A stretch of 60,666 nt of DNA, the filler included. It is 7 parts of 7 records of this genome, joined end to end, with 100 filler letters (N's around TTAATTAATTAA, not from the genome) between each part and the next. Parts side by side here need not be neighbours in the genome. Positions count along the whole stretch, not along the records: positions 55,429 to 60,666 come from SRR31156797_91758; 6 more parts are not named here. One strand, given 5' to 3'. Shown piece by piece: positions 56,578-60,666 of this stretch (its first letter is position 1; each line of letters starts with the position of its first letter). A program made the translations under genes and the position numbers. The notes beneath the pieces are model-generated. The model worked only from the letters and a program-made list of their open reading frames with translations, was not told the origin of the DNA and made no database searches.

Positions 56578-58314
56578 ATGTTGAAACGACCTGGAATAGC
56601 GGCACTGGTGATTCTGCCTGTATTGATCTGTGGATGTGATTTGAATCAGCTGATCAATCCACCGGATACCCGTCCTGTGGTCAGTGCAGGAGATGACCGC
56701 TGTGTAGGCGAAGGGAAAACCGTTCGTCTTGAAGCGGGAGTGGTCGGTGAATGGCCGATGACGTTCCTCTGGACCAATGAAAGTAAACCCGATGGAGCCG
56801 ATGATGTCACCATTACGGAATCCACTTCACGGGTGGCATTCACGGATGCACTGACAACGCAGGGGGAATACTCCTTCCGGGTGCTAGTTGTTGATTCCCA
56901 GAATAAGAGTCAGTTTTCATGGGTTCATATCACTGTAGGGCCAGTAGGTGCTGAGGGTGATTTCTGTGTCAGCCTGGATGGTCCGGATTCGTTTGCCGTT
57001 TTTGAAGAAACAGAATTCCAGGCAACACCAGACCATGAGAGCAACTTCAAATATACGTGGGGTGAGATTGATACAAATGGTAATGTCGGAACCAATGGTC
57101 TGACGTTCAATCCGGATGATGCCAATACCTCGGGAGTTACTGCAATCCGTGAGGGCGACACGACCATTCGCGTCAAGGTTTATGATGAACGCAGTGACGA
57201 AACCGCCTGGGCTTATAAGGATGTAAGGGTTACCGAACAACCGGAATTGTCCGTAACTATTGATGGCCCCGAAGAGGCTGCAGTGAAGGAAATTGTTGAA
57301 CTGACAGCAATTGTTGAGAACTCCTCAACAGAAGATGTCGATTTTGACTGGGAAATTGAATCCGGGCAGGCTGAATTGGGAACCAATGGAGTAGAAACCG
57401 TTACCGTAACTCCTTCAGCAACTGGTTTGCTGCAGATTTCCGTGACTGTCACCGAGCAGGAAGATGGAAGGCGATCAGCTACTGCAACTCATGGCATTAC
57501 CGTGAATGAAGGTGTGCCTCTTGATGTTATTGCGTCAGTGTCGGAACCGATCGTGGTTCTCGATGAAGAAGTGGAGCTGAAAGCTGAAGCCGAAGGCGGA
57601 ATTGATGATGTGGAATGTCGCTGGACAGTCACAGGAGATGCTGACATCGGTGACCTGAATGCCTGCGAAACCACGATAACTCCAAAAGCCGCAGAAACGG
57701 TCTATCTCAAAGTTACAGCAACAAGAACTTCCACCGAGCCAACGGAAGTCGGGGAATCAGAAGTACAGCTTGTAGCCTATGATGATGGCGGAACCGGGCA
57801 GAAACCCAGGATGACCATCGCAATTGCCGGGTATGGTGATCTCATCCTGGAAATGGAAGTGGAAGAAGCTCCCGGAACTGTTGCAAACTTCATCAGTTAT
57901 GCTGATGAGGATTTCTTTGATGGTCTTGTATTCCATCGTGTCGTGCCGGATTTCGTTATTCAGGCTGGCGGCTACAAGCCGGATGGCGACGAGCTCGAGC
58001 GAGTTGAGCCTACGTATGGTCCAATCCCCAGCGAGGCACCGAACGGGCTGAGCAATATCCGGGGGACGGTTGCCATGGCACTTCAGGGGTCGAATGCCGA
58101 TTCCGCGACGACACAGTTCTTTGTCAACCTGGTGGATAACTCCGCCAGCCTGGATGTTGGTCCTCCAGCGTTCACTGTTTTCGCGACCGTGTCAGAAGGA
58201 ATGGATATTGTCGATGAGATCGCAGAGGTGGAAACCGGAGATCGTTCCGGACTCACGGATGTTCCGGTTGAGGACGTCATCATGACGTCGGTTACGCGAA
58301 CACCTGTTGAGTAA
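56578..58314 (+). CDS. Lipoprotein with about four Ig/PKD-like repeats and a C-terminal cyclophilin PPIase
   Basis: GGAGGA RBS, lipobox LICGC; AP.TVANF..Y, FHRVV.DFVIQAGG, N.RGTVAMA, SATTQFFVN. Confidence 0.88.
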   Translation: MLKRPGIAALVILPVLICGCDLNQLINPPDTRPVVSAGDDRCVGEGKTVRLEAGVVGEWPMTFLWTNESKPDGADDVTITESTSRVAFTDALTTQGEYSFRVLVVDSQNKSQFSWVHITVGPVGAEGDFCVSLDGPDSFAVFEETEFQATPDHESNFKYTWGEIDTNGNVGTNGLTFNPDDANTSGVTAIREGDTTIRVKVYDERSDETAWAYKDVRVTEQPELSVTIDGPEEAAVKEIVELTAIVENSSTEDVDFDWEIESGQAELGTNGVETVTVTPSATGLLQISVTVTEQEDGRRSATATHGITVNEGVPLDVIASVSEPIVVLDEEVELKAEAEGGIDDVECRWTVTGDADIGDLNACETTITPKAAETVYLKVTATRTSTEPTEVGESEVQLVAYDDGGTGQKPRMTIAIAGYGDLILEMEVEEAPGTVANFISYADEDFFDGLVFHRVVPDFVIQAGGYKPDGDELERVEPTYGPIPSEAPNGLSNIRGTVAMALQGSNADSATTQFFVNLVDNSASLDVGPPAFTVFATVSEGMDIVDEIAEVETGDRSGLTDVPVEDVIMTSVTRTPVE

Positions 58315-58367
58315 GTCCTCGATCGAATGATTTTGATGCGGAGATTCCTGCCTGGGAATCTCCGTTT

Positions 58368-58982
58368 TTAATTGGACAATTTCCGGAATGCGAGCTGGTA
58401 GACTTCTCTTCCTTCGCGGAGGTATTTGATTTCGAAGTTGGTTTGAACCTGGTTATCCACGATTCCGAACGAAGGATCGTTGAACTCGATCCGTTCAATA
58501 CCCGTCTGTTCCGCCATCATTTCGACAATCCATTCGAAATAACCGGCATGGTCCGTCTGAATTGCCCATCTTGCATCGGGTTTCAGAGCCTGGATGGCTG
58601 CCCGGATGAAATCCGGCTGGAAAAGTCGCCGCTTGAAGTGGCGTTTTTTGGGCCAGGGATCCGGATGATACACATGGAGAGCATCGAGGCACTCGGGAAC
58701 CAGGTGGTGAAGAACGAAGTTGCTTGCATCCGTTCGCATCATGCGAGCGTTCTGGATTCCCCATCTTGCCATCCTGTCGGCAGCGTATCGGCAATATTTG
58801 TTCGCCCATTCGATGCCCAGGAGGCGGATTTCCGGATGTTCTTTTGCACGACGTAACAGGAAGGTTCCTTTGCCGGATCCGATTTCCAGTTCGACGGGGC
58901 CTTCCCCATCAAAGAAGTCCGCAGGGTCGATTTTCTGCTCCGGTTCAGGAGGTGCAACCAGCAATTTTTCCAGATCATCCAT
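58368..58982 (-). CDS. trmB: tRNA m7G46 methyltransferase
   Basis: LEIGSGKG, HPDPWPKKRH.KRR, TD...YF, TNFE.K. Confidence 0.95.
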   Translation of the reverse strand: MDDLEKLLVAPPEPEQKIDPADFFDGEGPVELEIGSGKGTFLLRRAKEHPEIRLLGIEWANKYCRYAADRMARWGIQNARMMRTDASNFVLHHLVPECLDALHVYHPDPWPKKRHFKRRLFQPDFIRAAIQALKPDARWAIQTDHAGYFEWIVEMMAEQTGIERIEFNDPSFGIVDNQVQTNFEIKYLREGREVYQLAFRKLSN

Positions 58983-59110
58983 ATGAATATGGTGTCATCA
59001 TGATCACCCCGCGTCAACTACTGGACTCAGATCGACTTGCGCGTATGATATCAGATAGACGGCATCCAGGCATGTCATAGATCATATTCACGAGGCGGAA
59101 CAGGAGCCAG

Positions 59111-59938
59111 ATGGAACGAGAATACGTACCCGAAGTAAGTGCCGATACGGAAACCGATCCCGTGAAGCGCAGGCTCAAGGACAACATCAACGCGGTCCAG
59201 AGTCGGATTGCAGCCGCCTGTCAGCGCAGCGGACGCAACCCCGCTCAGGTCACCCTCATTGCCGTCACCAAGTATGTCGGTATTGATATCATTCGCAAAG
59301 TCATCGAATTGGGCTACCTGGATATTGGGGAAAGCCGCCCCCAGGAGCTCGCCCGTCGTGGCAGTATGATTCAGGAACAATATACCCGGCAGGAGAATGC
59401 CGGGGGTGGTCCTCTCCGTTTGCCTTTCTGGCATATGATCGGGCATCTTCAACGGAACAAGGTAAAAACCGCTCTGCAGTGGGCTAAGCTCGTTCATTCG
59501 GTTGACAGCCTTCGTCTTGCCGAGCAGATCAATGAACTGGCGACCTCCCTTGGTATTCGCGTTCCGATCCTCATGCAGGTAAATACCTCTGAAGAATCCA
59601 GCAAGCATGGTGTTGCTGTCGGTGCCGCCGTCCACATGGCTGAGCAGATGGTCACAATGCCCGGGATTCAGCTTCGCGGATTGATGACGATGGCTCCGCA
59701 CAGCGAGGACGAAATCATCGTACGGAACTGTTTCGTTCGCTTGCGAGAGCTTCTTGACGAGATCCGCCGTGAGCCTTTTGCAACCCTGGAGATCGACCAG
59801 CTTTCGATGGGGATGAGCAACGATTTCGAGATCGCGATCGAAGAGGGAGCGACTCTTGTACGTGTGGGTTCTGCCCTGTTTGAAGGGGTTGATCGGTTTG
59901 ATCGTACTCCATCCCCGTCCCATGTGACACATCAGTGA
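59111..59938 (+). CDS. yggS: PLP homeostasis protein
   Basis: LIAVTKY, GESR.QE, WHMIGHLQRNK, HSVDS, GLMTM, LSMGMSNDF..AIEEGAT.VRVGSALF. Confidence 0.95.
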   Translation: MEREYVPEVSADTETDPVKRRLKDNINAVQSRIAAACQRSGRNPAQVTLIAVTKYVGIDIIRKVIELGYLDIGESRPQELARRGSMIQEQYTRQENAGGGPLRLPFWHMIGHLQRNKVKTALQWAKLVHSVDSLRLAEQINELATSLGIRVPILMQVNTSEESSKHGVAVGAAVHMAEQMVTMPGIQLRGLMTMAPHSEDEIIVRNCFVRLRELLDEIRREPFATLEIDQLSMGMSNDFEIAIEEGATLVRVGSALFEGVDRFDRTPSPSHVTHQ

Positions 59939-60064
59939 TTGTCTTATTGGCTGTGCCAATGTGTTGACAATTTCCCGTATGATGCTATTTGATCTACGCT
60001 CACATTCCACATATTCTGTGGTGTGAATCGGGAGCGAAACTGACTGACACATAAGGAGTGACCC

Positions 60065-60666
60065 TTGTCGGACGACATCAGCCATATCCTGGAACGCTGG
60101 CCCTGGGATCCAGAGCAGACCGTGCGAAAGATCACCTCGGACCAGGGGAGAGAATGTGTGCAGATCCGGGTCTGCCTCCACAGCTATCATGGTGTTCTCC
60201 AGTTTTATTGTGACGGTCGTCCTGATGGTGAAAGCCCATACGGCGGTCAGTTTGCCCTGGATCATTTCCAGACATTCTGCCTGAATCATCCGGATCACCT
60301 TCTTGCCCAGGAAGAGGCTGGAGAGCTCTTCGAAGAAGCGATCATGGTGTACCAGCGGTATGTTGTTCTTTTCCAGATGGGGGACTTCGAGCGGGTGATT
60401 CGGGATACGGACCGGAACATGCGGCTCTTCCGCTTTGTCCACGAGAAGGCAGGTCGGGAAGAAGATCGCAATCATCTCGAGCGTTGGTGGCCTTATATCC
60501 TCCGGATTCATTACACCGCCCGTGCGATGCTGATGCTGACCGAAGAAAAACTCGCGGAGGCCGAGACTCTCGTACAAGAGGCATTGAACCTGATCGAGAA
60601 TCTTGAGCCTCTGGAAGATGAGTCGTTTATCGAAGAGCACGAACGGTCGATCCAGGTGTTGAATGA
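60065..60666 (+). CDS. Conserved PVC-type hypothetical protein (resembles UvrB/UvrC-motif-containing proteins), running off the window
   Basis: AAGGAG RBS then TTG; reads MSDDISHILERWPWDPEQTVRKITSDQGRECVQIRV...DGRPDGESPYG; open to the window end, hence missing from the ORF track. Family call is from recall. Confidence 0.75.
   Translation, partial: MSDDISHILERWPWDPEQTVRKITSDQGRECVQIRVCLHSYHGVLQFYCDGRPDGESPYGGQFALDHFQTFCLNHPDHLLAQEEAGELFEEAIMVYQRYVVLFQMGDFERVIRDTDRNMRLFRFVHEKAGREEDRNHLERWWPYILRIHYTARAMLMLTEEKLAEAETLVQEALNLIENLEPLEDESFIEEHERSIQVLN

Noticed and set aside
59075..60640. 521-aa minus-strand ORF
   Set aside because: Antisense shadow of yggS and the 60065 gene, both of which have RBSs and recognisable motifs.

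Overview
This window is not one locus. It is seven contigs joined by six artificial 100-nt spacers (N runs around TTAATTAATTAA, which stops all six frames), so gene adjacency across a spacer means nothing. Taxa are inferred from gene content and protein style only. (1) 1-20155, Desulfovibrionaceae-like: ArnT-type glycosyltransferase, BON lipoprotein, prepilin peptidase, PaaK-like ligase, Asp-box protein, an RRM-infA-DEAD helicase cluster, two PAS histidine kinases, an MCP, a deaminase, a DUF900 hydrolase and a tRNA 3' end. (2) 20256-28241, probably the same lineage: smpB, PTS EI/HPr/IID, bioY-bioB, rsmI, yraN and a Gfo/Idh/MocA oxidoreductase. (3) 28342-34594, alphaproteobacterial lptF-lptG-lptD-surA-pdxA. 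(4) 34695-41250, Planctomycetota-like: probable 6S RNA, a short stand-alone pheT, a secreted VOC protein and two tandem Ycf46-like AAA+ ATPases. (5) 41351-47629, Desulfobacterales-like: pseudo-receiver/DUF4388, DmpA peptidase, EamA transporter, TIGR04219 barrel, degenerate YchF and an Fe-S protein. (6) 47730-55328, Bacteroidota: T9SS metalloprotease with a repeat-laden upstream region and two micro-ORFs, degenerate GH32, AspT/YidE transporter and pepE. (7) 55429-60666, Planctomycetota-like: GT2, Ig-repeat cyclophilin lipoprotein, trmB, yggS and a truncated conserved protein. I saw no CRISPR array, transposase, integrase or phage gene. Most content is housekeeping. The best candidates for undescribed biology are the duplicated ACAAACCC leader with small peptides around the T9SS protease, the multi-helix RNA leader of the RRM gene, the tandem AAA+ pair, the 6S-like RNA with a structured extension, and several enzymes with altered catalytic motifs (GH32, YchF, BioB).
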